Below, piece after piece: positions 40,086 to 52,400 of a stretch of DNA of 64,000 nucleotides. The notes under the pieces are model-generated. The model was given only the letters and a program-made list of their open reading frames with translations. It was not told the origin of the DNA and did no database searches. The stretch lies in contig CAYRUS010000002.1 in the NCBI GenBank assembly GCA_964427735.1, forward strand, positions 131,734 to 195,733, written 5' to 3'. The stretch comes from an uncultured Gammaproteobacteria bacterium (lineage in GTDB: Bacteria; Patescibacteriota; Microgenomatia; UBA8517). Each line of letters starts with the position of its first letter. The stretch's first letter is position 1. The position numbers and the translations under genes were made by a program.

Positions 40086-41774
40086 TCAAGGTTTAAGCAA
40101 ATATCTTCCGGTCATTTCTTTGGGTATTTCTAAGTTCATAAGACCTAAAATTGTAGGTGCTACATCAGCTAATGAGGCTCCGTCTAAATGCATTTTCTTT
40201 CCTTGAAAATTTTTGTTAATTAGAATCAAAGGTACAGGATTTCCAGAGTGATCAGTGCTTACACTTCCTTTACTTGTAGTATAAAAAAATGTAGAGCTAG
40301 GAAAAGTTAACATTTCTTCTGCATTACCATGATCAGCAGTAACAATAACCGTTCCGCCTACCTCTAACACGGCGTCAACCATTTGCTTAAGATACTTATC
40401 AATAGCTTCTATAGCTATTATTGCCTTGTCAAGAATACCAGAATGAGCAACCATATCAGCATTAGCAATATTTAATACAAAAAAATGATATTTATCTCTA
40501 GAAAGCTCTTTCTTAAACGCAGATGTTAACTTGGGAAGTGACATTTCAGGAGCTTTATCATAAGTAGATACCTTTGGTGACTGAACAATATGCACGTCCT
40601 CCCCTTCAACTTTTTCTTCCCTTAATCCATCAAAGTAGTATGTAACGAATCTTTCTTTTTCAGATTCAGCCATATGCATTTGATTGAGAGCTTTTGCAGA
40701 CAATACCTGGCTTAGGGAATTTCCAACTTTTTCAGGACCAAATGCTACAGCTGATACAGGCAGACCTTTTTGATATTCGGTCATGGTAACAAAAAATAAA
40801 TTTTGTACTACCTTTTCTCTTTTAAAGGTAGTACCAACAGGAACGTCATCTTTTCTTTGGGCAGTATCAGGGTCATAACCCCAATCCACATTTTTAATAT
40901 TTTCAAAATCAGGACGAACAAAAGCCATTGTTAATTGCCTTGGTCTATCAATCCTAAAGTTATAAAAAATAACAGCGTCATTATGCTCTATAAGAGCTAG
41001 AGGGACTGAATCATCTTTAATAATTACAGTAGGTTCAATAAATTCATCAGTAATTCCACGGCTGTAGGAAGATTTAATTGCATCTATTGCTGATTTAGCT
41101 TGAACTCCTTTACCTTGCACTAATGCCTGGTAAGTTCTTTGAGTTCTATTCCATCTCCTATCTCGATCCATTGCATAGTATCTACCGTGTAAAGAAGCAA
41201 TTTTGCCAACGCCAATATTTTTTAAAATACTTTCTATATTCTCGATTACTTCTGCTCCTTGTTTAGGAGGAGAATCTCTTCCATCCGTAAACAAATGAAG
41301 ATAAACATTTTGCAAATCTTGCCTTTTGCAAAATTGAATCAAAGCTTTTAAATGTTCAACAGAAGAATGAACTTGACCTGTACCAATAAGACCCATTATG
41401 TGTAGTTTTGAGTTGTTTTTTCTGACGTGACTAGCAGCAGAAACAAAAGCTCTATTATCAAAAAAATATCCCTTTTCAATTGCAATATTGATTCGTTTCA
41501 ATTCCTGATATATCACCCTCCCTGCTCCGAGAGTAAGGTGGCCAACTTCTGTATTACCAACTTCATTAGCAGGCAAACCCACTGATTCTCCTGAAGCTAT
41601 TATTTTTCCAGATGGAAAATTTGACATATAAAAATCAATGTTTGGTGTTCTCGCTTTCTCTACCGCGTTTCCTTGAGATGGTGGTGCTATTCCAAATCCA
41701 TCAAGGATAACTAAAACCATGGGTTTAATATTTTTTTCTTTTTTTTTACTGAAAAATGGCAGCTTAAGTATCAT
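40086..41774 (-). CDS. gpmI: 2,3-bisphosphoglycerate-independent phosphoglycerate mutase
   Basis: 'MVLVILDGFGIAP' N-terminal motif and 'ADHGNAE' C-terminal metal site are typical of iPGM. True start is probably the internal Met ('MVLVILDG') about 54 nt downstream of the track ORF start. Confidence 0.9.
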   Translation of the reverse strand: MILKLPFFSKKKEKNIKPMVLVILDGFGIAPPSQGNAVEKARTPNIDFYMSNFPSGKIIASGESVGLPANEVGNTEVGHLTLGAGRVIYQELKRINIAIEKGYFFDNRAFVSAASHVRKNNSKLHIMGLIGTGQVHSSVEHLKALIQFCKRQDLQNVYLHLFTDGRDSPPKQGAEVIENIESILKNIGVGKIASLHGRYYAMDRDRRWNRTQRTYQALVQGKGVQAKSAIDAIKSSYSRGITDEFIEPTVIIKDDSVPLALIEHNDAVIFYNFRIDRPRQLTMAFVRPDFENIKNVDWGYDPDTAQRKDDVPVGTTFKREKVVQNLFFVTMTEYQKGLPVSAVAFGPEKVGNSLSQVLSAKALNQMHMAESEKERFVTYYFDGLREEKVEGEDVHIVQSPKVSTYDKAPEMSLPKLTSAFKKELSRDKYHFFVLNIANADMVAHSGILDKAIIAIEAIDKYLKQMVDAVLEVGGTVIVTADHGNAEEMLTFPSSTFFYTTSKGSVSTDHSGNPVPLILINKNFQGKKMHLDGASLADVAPTILGLMNLEIPKEMTGRYLLKP

Positions 41775-41794
41775 TTTTATATATTATGTTCTAT

Positions 41795-42559
41795 TTAGAG
41801 TATTAAAATTAAATAGGCGATTCCAAGTCCTACTAAAATTATCACAAGTGTTAAGCCTACACTTAAAATTAGATTTGCTTGGATTAATCTTTTAGCCATT
41901 GGATTTCTCCCTATTGCTTCAAGTCCTGTACGCGTAGCCTTTCCAAAGTAAGTCATACCTAAACCAACAGATATTATAACCATTGCTGCAGCAAATAAAT
42001 ACCTTAAGTAACTAATCGGCTCTAGAAGAGGTGTCGCAAATCCTTGCCTAAGCTGATTAATTAGATTAGAACGAGCAGATGTGATTCCAACTGCAGGATG
42101 TATATTTATCGCAATTTGTATTGTTCCCACTTCTTCTCCTGAGAAAGGATCCAGGGCAATTCCTAATATATACCCATCATTTGTGGCAAGTTGAGCAACT
42201 CCAGGAGTTTCTGACGTTGTAATATAGTCCCCCTCTTCAATTTCCCCATTTGAAGCTGTAATACGTACATTTGCTATCCCACTAGAAATTACCGCATATC
42301 CATCTTCAATCTCACTGTCCTCAACTGCAATAACAGGATTAAGTGATATTACGCCAGTCATTGAAGGATCATAAGCTCTATTGCATTTCCTTAAACTATT
42401 GTCACTTAAACAAATAATATCTCCATCATTTATATCCTCATCAGAAATTGGCATGTATAGTCCTAATCCGGATGAAGTAAACTGTGCTTCTGATATACTC
42501 GGTATCATCAAGGCTGCTAAAAAAATTGAGATGGTAAAGAAAATATAGGCAGTTCTCAT
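41795..42559 (-). CDS. secreted/membrane protein (signal peptide + C-terminal TM helices), unknown function
   Basis: N-terminal 'MRTAYIFFTISIFLAALMIPSISEA' signal; C-terminal hydrophobic segments. Confidence 0.45.
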   Translation of the reverse strand: MRTAYIFFTISIFLAALMIPSISEAQFTSSGLGLYMPISDEDINDGDIICLSDNSLRKCNRAYDPSMTGVISLNPVIAVEDSEIEDGYAVISSGIANVRITASNGEIEEGDYITTSETPGVAQLATNDGYILGIALDPFSGEEVGTIQIAINIHPAVGITSARSNLINQLRQGFATPLLEPISYLRYLFAAAMVIISVGLGMTYFGKATRTGLEAIGRNPMAKRLIQANLILSVGLTLVIILVGLGIAYLILIL

Positions 42560-43498
42560 AAGTAAATGTCTAAATTATTGTAGCATGTTGCCAAGATTGT
42601 TACTTGTATTTTTGTACCTTTTAATAAATCGCCGTGCAACAATGTCCTAGAGTCATTGTTTTCAACTAATTAATATTAGTCTAAATTGGACATACCGACC
42701 TCCTCCAGTATTAATTGTCCAACTTTTACAATAATTATCAAATAGATATAGTAATCATATTTCCTTCTAAATATTGATTTATAGGTTGTACTTTGAGTAT
42801 AACTAAGCACCAAATCTAATAAAATTTCTTAAATTTCTTCGAAATATTAGCTATGTAAAGCTTTTATATCCTAAATAATATTCTAATTCTCAAATTGGAG
42901 AGAAATATAAGTGGATATGTTTTTTCTGCAAGTAATGCGTTATTTTACGAGCCTTATTTGTCCGTAATTTGTAAATAGATATAATTTCTGCATTCTATTT
43001 ATGGAAAATAATAGATATTTGTATTGATTTTGTTGCGGTTTAATATGCGTATATTTTATTTCCGCACGGTATTTGTTCGTTTATCATGCCTATTTTTAGT
43101 AAATTGATGTCGCTAATGCTTATGTGACAATTGTATGATTAAATTTCTCACTTATTTCTGCAAATATGGCAAATTGCGGAAATATACCTTCGCTTATCAT
43201 CTTATGGCATTGAACACGGATGCCAATAATTTGACTGATATATACCGCATGACGTGCGTTTATTATGCCTAAATTTCATTTTTACCTTTAGTTGCAAGAT
43301 TAAAACTTATTTAGCAAGAAGTCTTCAAGTATTTACCTAACTAAAATTTCAACCTAGCCTGATTAAGGTTTTAAGTAGAAGCATCTTCCAACGTATTAAT
43401 CTAAAAATTACCACAATAATGCCCCATAAATAAATATAAAACGATATTGACAACAACAGCCAAAACTGTATTAATGATATTGGACATTACAAACTTAA

Positions 43499-46400
43499 AT
43501 GTCCATTTTTAATACCTGTCCAATGCCCAACAGTACAAAAGTCTATCTATCAATACACGAAGCTGCTGATTACTTGAATGTATCACGCAAAACATTAAGG
43601 CGATGGGAAAAGACTAAAGTGTTAATTCCCTTGCGCACTTCAGGTGGCCATAGAAGATATACAAAAGACCAGCTAGATAAGTTTAAAAAGATTAAAGGTA
43701 GAAAAAGAATAACAAGCAAAGTAAAGACTAAAGTATTCGAAAACAAGACTAGCCAAGCGGTACAGTTACCTACTTTGAGTAATACTAACAAAACTCAAGA
43801 AAGAACGTCAGAAGATAGTAATATTAATCTTCTTGACACAAATATAAATAATAGCCCAAAAGACGAATATATAGATTACAATGACAACCATGAACACACT
43901 ATCAAATATCATAAGGATCACATTCCTATAATCGAAACAGAAACACCATCTCAAATCACCACCGAAAATCTAATTTTGCCTCAGAATAATATCCAGACTA
44001 ATTCCAAACCTAAAAATAACGCAAGTAAATTGAGATCTGTTTCCTACTTCTTTGTGTTTCTACTCTTGTTTGGTGGATTTGTATACTCTGTAAAAGCACT
44101 CCCTGGAGTGGATCTAAATATATCAAAAGGTATCAAGTCTAGTATGGCAGGCTCATCAAACAGTGGGAATATCCAATCAGCCTTTGAAAGGGTCCTTGCT
44201 GCAACCTCTTTTAATCTTTCCTTATTACGCGTAAATGTAAACTCAATTTTCGAAGAAGACATTGCAATTAATGGTGAGAATATAACTACATCATCAGATA
44301 CAATCAATTTATTCAATGAGAACGCTACAACAATTTCCTTTGGAGGCGAAGCTGAAGCAATAAACATAGGAGCTCCCACAGGAACTACAGTTATTAATAA
44401 TGCATTAAATGTAGGATTAGATTTAGCTGTTAATGGTAATTTGTCTGTAGTAGGTATTGCTACTCTAAACACGCTTACTTTAGGAGCAGACACTATTACA
44501 GATATTACTGGAGATGGATTAATTGTGGTTGATGGTGCTCTTACTTCTACATTTGGATCGTCAATAGATTCTACTGATATAACAGATGGAACTATCTCTT
44601 CAGTAGATCTTAATATATCAAACTCTCCCTCTGATGGATTAATCCTAGCCTATGATGAATCCACCGGAGGTTTTACCTGGGTAGTAGACCAAACCGGGGC
44701 TGGAGGAAGCTTGTTCACAGACGCTGGCACAGTAACATATTTAACCGATACTACTGATGACTTGGTTATCGGCGGGACAGTTGCACTCTCCTCCAGTAAA
44801 GTATCAATAGATGGAGATAGTGACCAAATACAATTCTTAGTTCAAGGAAATTCAACCCAAACTACAAACCTTGCAGTTTTCGAACAATCAGATGGAACAG
44901 ACGTATTAACAATTGACAACTCAGGAAACTTAATAACCGCAGGAAGCATTTCAGCGGCCACCAATGAAACTATTAACGGAATTGATATTAGTGCTGGTAC
45001 TATTTCTGATGTTGTTAATTTACTCATTAATGCTGGCGGGGATTTATCAATTGGAGGAATTGGTTTAAGTGATACTGGAGCTAATAATCTAACATCAGGT
45101 GCAAGCCTAATTGGTGTTTTTGACGAATTCACAAATTCTAACTCCACTACACTCCAAGCTGTATTAAATGACCTTGATGCGGCAATAGGATCTGGTTCAT
45201 CCAAGTGGACACAAGATGTTGGATTTATTTATCTCACTAACTCGACAGACTCTATTACAATTGGAGGAAACACAGAGCTTGGAAAACTTGCTATAGCAGG
45301 TGATGCTGACGAATTGCAGTTTGTTGTTAGAGGAAATGCAACCCAAACAGCAAACCTAGCTACCTTTGAAAACTCCTCAGGGGATGATCTTTTGGCAGTT
45401 ACAAGTATGGGAGATCTTCTATCGGGATTTACACAGTTAGATGGAAGTTCAACTGCAAACGGTGCAGGTGCAGCCTCAAAAACTTTGGTCTTACAAGCAG
45501 GTGGTGGCGCCAATTTTGATATTGGAAACTATGTAAGAATTGATAGTACAAACTGCGACGGTGCCGCTGACACTTGTTATTCAAAAATTAGAGGTAAATC
45601 TGGCGACACACTTACACTAAGCAATTCCCTAACCTGGGCAAATGGTAGTGTTGTTTTAGAATATCATATACCCGAAGTCGGAGGAACTAACCTAGCTGAT
45701 ACTCTTGATAATAGATATGGTCTAGGTTATTTCATCAGCGGTGTAACCACAGGAAATGCCTCAACTTTCTATGGGGATGGCGAAATAACAACCTCAAGTG
45801 TTACTAATTTGAATTCTAAAAGCTTATCCATTCGTACAGGAAACTCAGTTGTTTCAGGAAACTCCGGAGATATAATAATTGATACTGGATCTGCAGAAGG
45901 TACAGCAGGTACAATTTCTATTGGAGAAAATAACACAAGCGGTATCACAATAGGTCATAGTGGTATAAATACTACCATATCAGGAAATCTTATTTTCAAC
46001 AGCCAAACAATTAATAACTTTACCGGCAATGGTCTAACAACATCCTCAGATGCTCTAACGATTCAACTAACAAATGCAGCAGACGAACTATCTTCTACAA
46101 CAAGCTCAGGGTCTGGTTTGGAAGTATTATCATCTGGTTTGACCCTTCTCCAAGGATGCGATAACGGTCAAGTTCTAAAGTGGAATGAATCAAATAATTC
46201 ATGGGAATGTGCAAATGACACAGGAGCCTCAAGTGCTGTAATAAATGTAGAAAACAATGATGTAGAAGTTGGTACAGACGTAGACACATTGGACTTTAGC
46301 ACAGATTTTATTCTTACAGCTTCTCCTTCTAACGAGGTCAACATATCCATAGCGGATGATGTTATAAACTTTACGGAAATTAGTGATTCGTTAACACTAG

Positions 46401-49400
46401 ACGCAAATACAAATGTAGCGCTAGGAGCTTTAACTTTTTCCACTTCAGGCACAGGATCTTTAGATTTTAATTCAACTGGTCAAGTATCCTTTGCGGGAAA
46501 TGTTGATGCGGAAAATGGACTTGACGTTACTGGATCATCATTAACTGTAGGTGGCACGGCATTTGTAGTTGGTACAGACGGAACGATTAGCGCAGGAACC
46601 TGGAGTGGAACTGCAATTGCTGCTCAGTACGGTGGAACAGGTATCGACACATCAGGAGCTACAGGTGTTCCTTATGTTTCTTCAGGTATTTGGAATACTG
46701 AATCCACTTTATCTCTTTCTCGCGGAGGTACAGGAGCATCACTTACTGATCCTAACGCTGATAGAATCCTCTTCTGGGATGACTCCGCAAACTCCACTGC
46801 CTTCCTTACTGTAGGATCTGGTCTTTCTCTCTCTGATACCACTCTCTCTGCTGTTGATACTTCTGCTACTAATGAATTGCAAAACCTCTTCTCTACTATC
46901 TCTGTCTCTGGACAAAGTAATGTAGTCGCTGATTCAATCACTGATACTCTTACTCTTGCAGCCGGATCTAATATCTCCATCACTACTGATGCATCTAATG
47001 ACATTATTACTATCGCTGCCTCTGACTCTGATACTAACAACTTCACTACAAGCATCGCTTTTACCGGTACCTCTACAAAAACTTTAACTCTAACTAGAAA
47101 TGGTCTAGCTGATCTAACTGCAAACTTTACTGATATTGGCTTTGATAACCCTATGACTACTGCAGGAGATATTATTTATGGCGGTGTTAGTGGAACAGCA
47201 ACCAGACTAGCAGGTTCTGCTAATGATGGTTACGTACTAAAATTTGATGCTAATACCAATGCTCCATTTTGGGCAGAACTCATAGATAATGATACAAACT
47301 ATTGGGAATTAAGTGAAGGCATTCTCTCTCCAGATACATCTCAAAACGCAGAAGGTATCGCAGCAACATCTTCTGCGACAACAGTTGCTACATTCACAAG
47401 CACTGGTTCAAATGATTCTTTTTGGGCAGGATCCGTAGGTAATTATTTGACAATTTCCTCTACCGGAGGTCTTACTGTCCCGGGAGCAACAAATCTTAAC
47501 GGTTCCTTTAGTTTAGGAGATGGTGGCGACACAGGATCAATTAATACATCGACATGGGACATTTCATCCACAGGAGCAATTACTGGTGCTACTTATGAAG
47601 GATTAACTATCACTACAACTACCGGTACTCTTACTATCGCATCTGGAAAGACATTAACCGCAAATAACTCCCTTACCCTTGTAGGTAATGATTCTGATAC
47701 TTGGACTTTCCCCTCTGCTTCTGGAGCGTCAGGGACAGTAGTTGGCACTGATGAATCTCAAACCTTAACAAACAAAACACTCACAAGTCCTAGAATCGGT
47801 ACCTCTATTCTTGATACTAACGAAAATCCTCTTTTTTCTCTCTCTGCAACCGGTTCAGCTGTCAATTACCTAACTTATGCTAATGCAGCTACAGGAAACA
47901 ATCCCACCTGGACTGCTACTGGGTCTGATACGAATATTTCCCTCACTACGTTGCTTAAAGGCACTGGAGCTGTTCTGTTTGGCTCAACTATTGCGAATTC
48001 TGATACAATCAGTATCAAACCACAAACTTCTACTACAACTAACCCTTTTTCTGGAACTATTACCTCTGAAGATTTAACTGCTGATAGGACCTGGACTTTC
48101 CAAGATGCAGACGGCACCCTGGCTTTCTTATCTGATATTCCTACTTCTGATAACTACCAATACTGGACATTATCTGATGGTTCTAATACAGCTCAAATCA
48201 ATAGCACTGAAACTTTTCAAATAAATACAGGTACAGGAATTACTGCTCTTGTAGCAGAAGGATCGCCAAATACATTGACGCTTTCTGTAACGGATGATTC
48301 TGATACTAATGAATTGCAAAATCTCTTCTCAACTATCGCCGTTTCCGGGCAAAATAATGTCGTCGCAGATTCAATTACTGATACTCTTACCCTTGCAGCC
48401 GGATCTAATATCTCTATAACAACAGATGATACTAATGACATTATTACCATAGCAGCCACAGATACAAATACTACCTACTCCGCAGGGAATGATCTAGATT
48501 TATCGGGTACTCAATTTAATATCGAATCTGAGCTTAATTTTGTAACCAGTATAAACCCAACAAATTCTGCACTTTCTTTAGCATCAAATGGATCTGGTAA
48601 TGATATAAATTTAACATCAGCAAACGCCATTGCCTTTGATGATGCCACATTAACTACAGCGATTACACTCACAGATACAGACACTGCTTTTGATTCTGGT
48701 CATACAGCCATAGTAGATGCTATAAATGCAGCTTATAATGCAGCAACGGGTGGAGGTGCAGGACTTTGGGAGGTAAATTCTGGTGTGTTAAATCCTTCAA
48801 GTTTAACTCAAGATCTAGCCATTGGAGGTACTGATAACACTGCAGCGCTTTTCTTTGATACAAGTACCTCTGCTTTAACATTAAATCCTTTTGGTACATC
48901 AACAGGCAATACGGGAGAGTTAAGACTTACAGAACTTGCTGCAGAAGGTACTAATTATACCGGATTTAAATCTCCTGACTCTTTAGATGCAAACTTGATG
49001 TATACACTTCCTTCCTCAGCAGGATCTAATAATTATGTACTTACAACAGATGGTTCTGGAGGTCTATCCTGGCAAGCTGTAGGAGATGTTGGCGCTGGTT
49101 CTGGAGACGTAACTGCTGTCGGTGATTGTTCTGGAAATGATTGCTTTACTCAATCAGGAACAGGAAATACTCTCTATTTTGAAGGAGCTACGGCAAATGA
49201 CTTTGAAATTGCTCTGACAACCACAGGAGACCCAGATCAAGACTACACAATCACATTGCCAAATGCTTCTGGTGAAATTACAGTATTAGGCCAAAGTATT
49301 GATTTGACAAGCGAAGTTACAGGTGTACTTCCTTTGGCTAGCGGAGGTACAGGAGCATCACTTACTGATCCTAACGCTGATGGAATCCTCTTCTGGGATG

Positions 49401-52400
49401 ACTCCGCAAACTCCACTGCCTTCCTTACTGTAGGATCTGGTCTTTCTCTCTCTGATACCACTCTCTCTGCTGTTGATACTTCTGCTACTAATGAATTGCA
49501 AAACCTCTTCTCTACTATCTCTGTCTCTGGACAAAGTAATGTAGTCGCTGATTCAATCACTGATACTCTTACTCTTGCAGCCGGATCTAATATCTCCATC
49601 ACTACTGATGCATCTAATGACATTATTACTATCGCTGCCTCTGACTCTGATACAACCTATACATTTACTAATGGTTTAACTGAATCTGGTGGCACTGCTA
49701 AACTAGGTGGAACTTTAACCGAAAATACAACTCTTACTACTGACACTTTTGCATTTATAGTTGATTCTCTTAACTTTGATGGCACTACAATTGGCTTAAC
49801 ATCAGATACTGACCTGCTCTCTTTATCTTCTGGAGCTCTAACTGTTAACGGAACTGGTACCTTTACAGGAGATCTGACTGCTAGTGCAGACTTGATTGTT
49901 AGCGGAAGAGGAAGTTTCTCCCATGGCAATAACCAAGGTCTTAATATACCAACTGTAGCAGGTACACCGTCTGCTGTTACAGGTACATCAGAAGGAGATA
50001 TTGTTTATGACTCTACTGGAGATGCTCTTTATATCTATGATGGTAGCCAATTCTCCCAAATTGGTGGTGGTGGCTACAGTGGTTGGACGTTAACCGGTGA
50101 TACGGGTTCGCAGGTTATTAGCTCCGGAGATACAGTATCTGTCATAGGCGGAACTAATTTAACTTCAGTGGTTACTGCTACTGATACTCTTACTCTCAAC
50201 CTCGATGATAATATTACCTTGGCTGGTACCACTGGTATTACACTAACGGGAACTGGCTCTGGAATAACTTTTGAAAATTCAAGCATCATTACCAATCCAT
50301 CGGCTTCGGTGTTTGCCTTTGGTGATAGTACTAACACTCTTTCACTGAACCTGGCAGCAGAATCTGCTGGGAGCATAGATTTCACCACCAACGACACCGT
50401 AAACCTCACCCTCAACCCGGGAGGAAACGTCGGGATTGGGACGACTGATCCATCAGAGATGCTACATGTGGCAGGAGATGTACTCTTTGAGCAAAATCTC
50501 GCAATCAACGATGCCTCTATACATGATAATTATGTCATCAACATGAAAGTCGGCAACACTACAAGCGGAAGTGGTCACAGAGGCATTAATATGTCAGGTG
50601 AAAATATTAGCAAAAACGTTACTGGATTGTTTTTGAGCGTAAACAACACAAGCGCAAATACCACTGGAGTAAATACCTTTGTGATTGGAACTGATGCAGC
50701 TTCTCTCTACGGGGCTTCGAATATTTTGATTACAAATTATGCAGCTTATGGAGTCAATAACTCTATTACTGCTAAAGATGACGCCACTCAACAAAGACTA
50801 TATGGAACCCGCACTGAATTGACAACCTACACCAATGATGTTGGGTACGGACTTTTTGTCAAGCCTTCCATTTTTGCCACCGGAGGTACTCAATACGGCG
50901 CCTATTTTGATTTTACAAGCTCCAACACAACTAACTATGGTGTCTACCAAACTGGTGAAGCCACCAACTATTTCGCAGGTACGGTGGGGATTGGTGATGA
51001 TGCTCCGGATTTTGCGCTGCAGATTGGCGAGGTGGCAGCGGGAGTGGATACGGCTAATGGAGTCGGGATTGCCGGGGACTTACAGGTGGATGACTTTGCC
51101 CTCATAAATGCACTTAGAGTAGGATCAACTGCTACGGATCCAGGAGATGGAAATGCATACATTGAGGGGAATTTGACAGTGAACGGTCGAGGAATCTTTA
51201 CTCATGGCAATAACCAAGGTCTTAATATACCAACTGTAGCAGGTACACCGTCTGCTGTTACAGGTACATCAGAAGGAGATATTGTTTATGACTCTACTGG
51301 AGATGCTCTTTATATCTATGATGGTAGCCAATTCTCCCAAATTGGTGGTGGTGGCTACAGTGGTTGGACGTTAGATGGTGATACAGGAACTCCTGAAAGT
51401 ATAAATTCATCAGACACAGTAACTTTTGCAGGAGGGAATGGTTTAGCATCTGTGGTGTCCTCTACTGACACACTTACCTTTAACTTAGCAGCCCTTACAT
51501 CTGACTGGGATCAAACAGGCGCAAACGACATCATACTAAATCATGCTGACTCAGAACTTAAGATTTTAGAGAGTACAGGAGGAACATATTATGCCACTAT
51601 TGACGCTGGAGATTTAGACCAAGATGCAACTTTGAGAATAGATTCAGGAATTAACCTTGATGGAAATGGCAATACCCTCACCTTATCAGGAAATCTAAAT
51701 GTTGAAAGCATTTCAGCCATTAACCAAGATCTAACCACTGATGCAACAGGTGTGGCATTTGGAGATTTAACCTTAGCAGGTTCAGCTGAAGGTACAGATG
51801 CATTGACCATCACCGCAGGTGACCTCACTCTGGAAGATGGCGATCTAGTACTATCCTCTGGACAATTTACTCTAAATTCTGATGATACTGATGTTACCAC
51901 CGATGAACTTAAGGCATTTAACTTAACTTCCTCTGTCACATTTGATACAACATCAGCAAGCCTTATAAATTATGGTGCTTATATCAGTAACACGAGCAGT
52001 ATCAGCAGTGGTGCAAACACTCTTACTAATATTGGTCTTTATGCAACTGCATCTGGTGCAGACAATAATTATGCAGCGATATTTGAAAATGGAAATGTAG
52101 GAATTGGAACTACATCTCCTACAGAAAAACTACACGTATCTGGTGATGCCTTGCTAAGTGGGCAACTTGCCCTTCATGGAGCTAGTGTAAATGACGACTA
52201 CGCAATTAATATTGGAAATCTCTCAACGAACCAACGAGGTATTAACATCTCTGCAGGAAGCCCAACTAGTCCAGTGTATGGAGTGTACTTTGACATTAGC
52301 AACCCCGGTAGCACTGGTGCAAGTTATGCGTACTATGCCAATGCAACTAATCCCGGCGATTTTGCTGGTTTGATGACAAACGTAACGGGCGGCCGATCAC

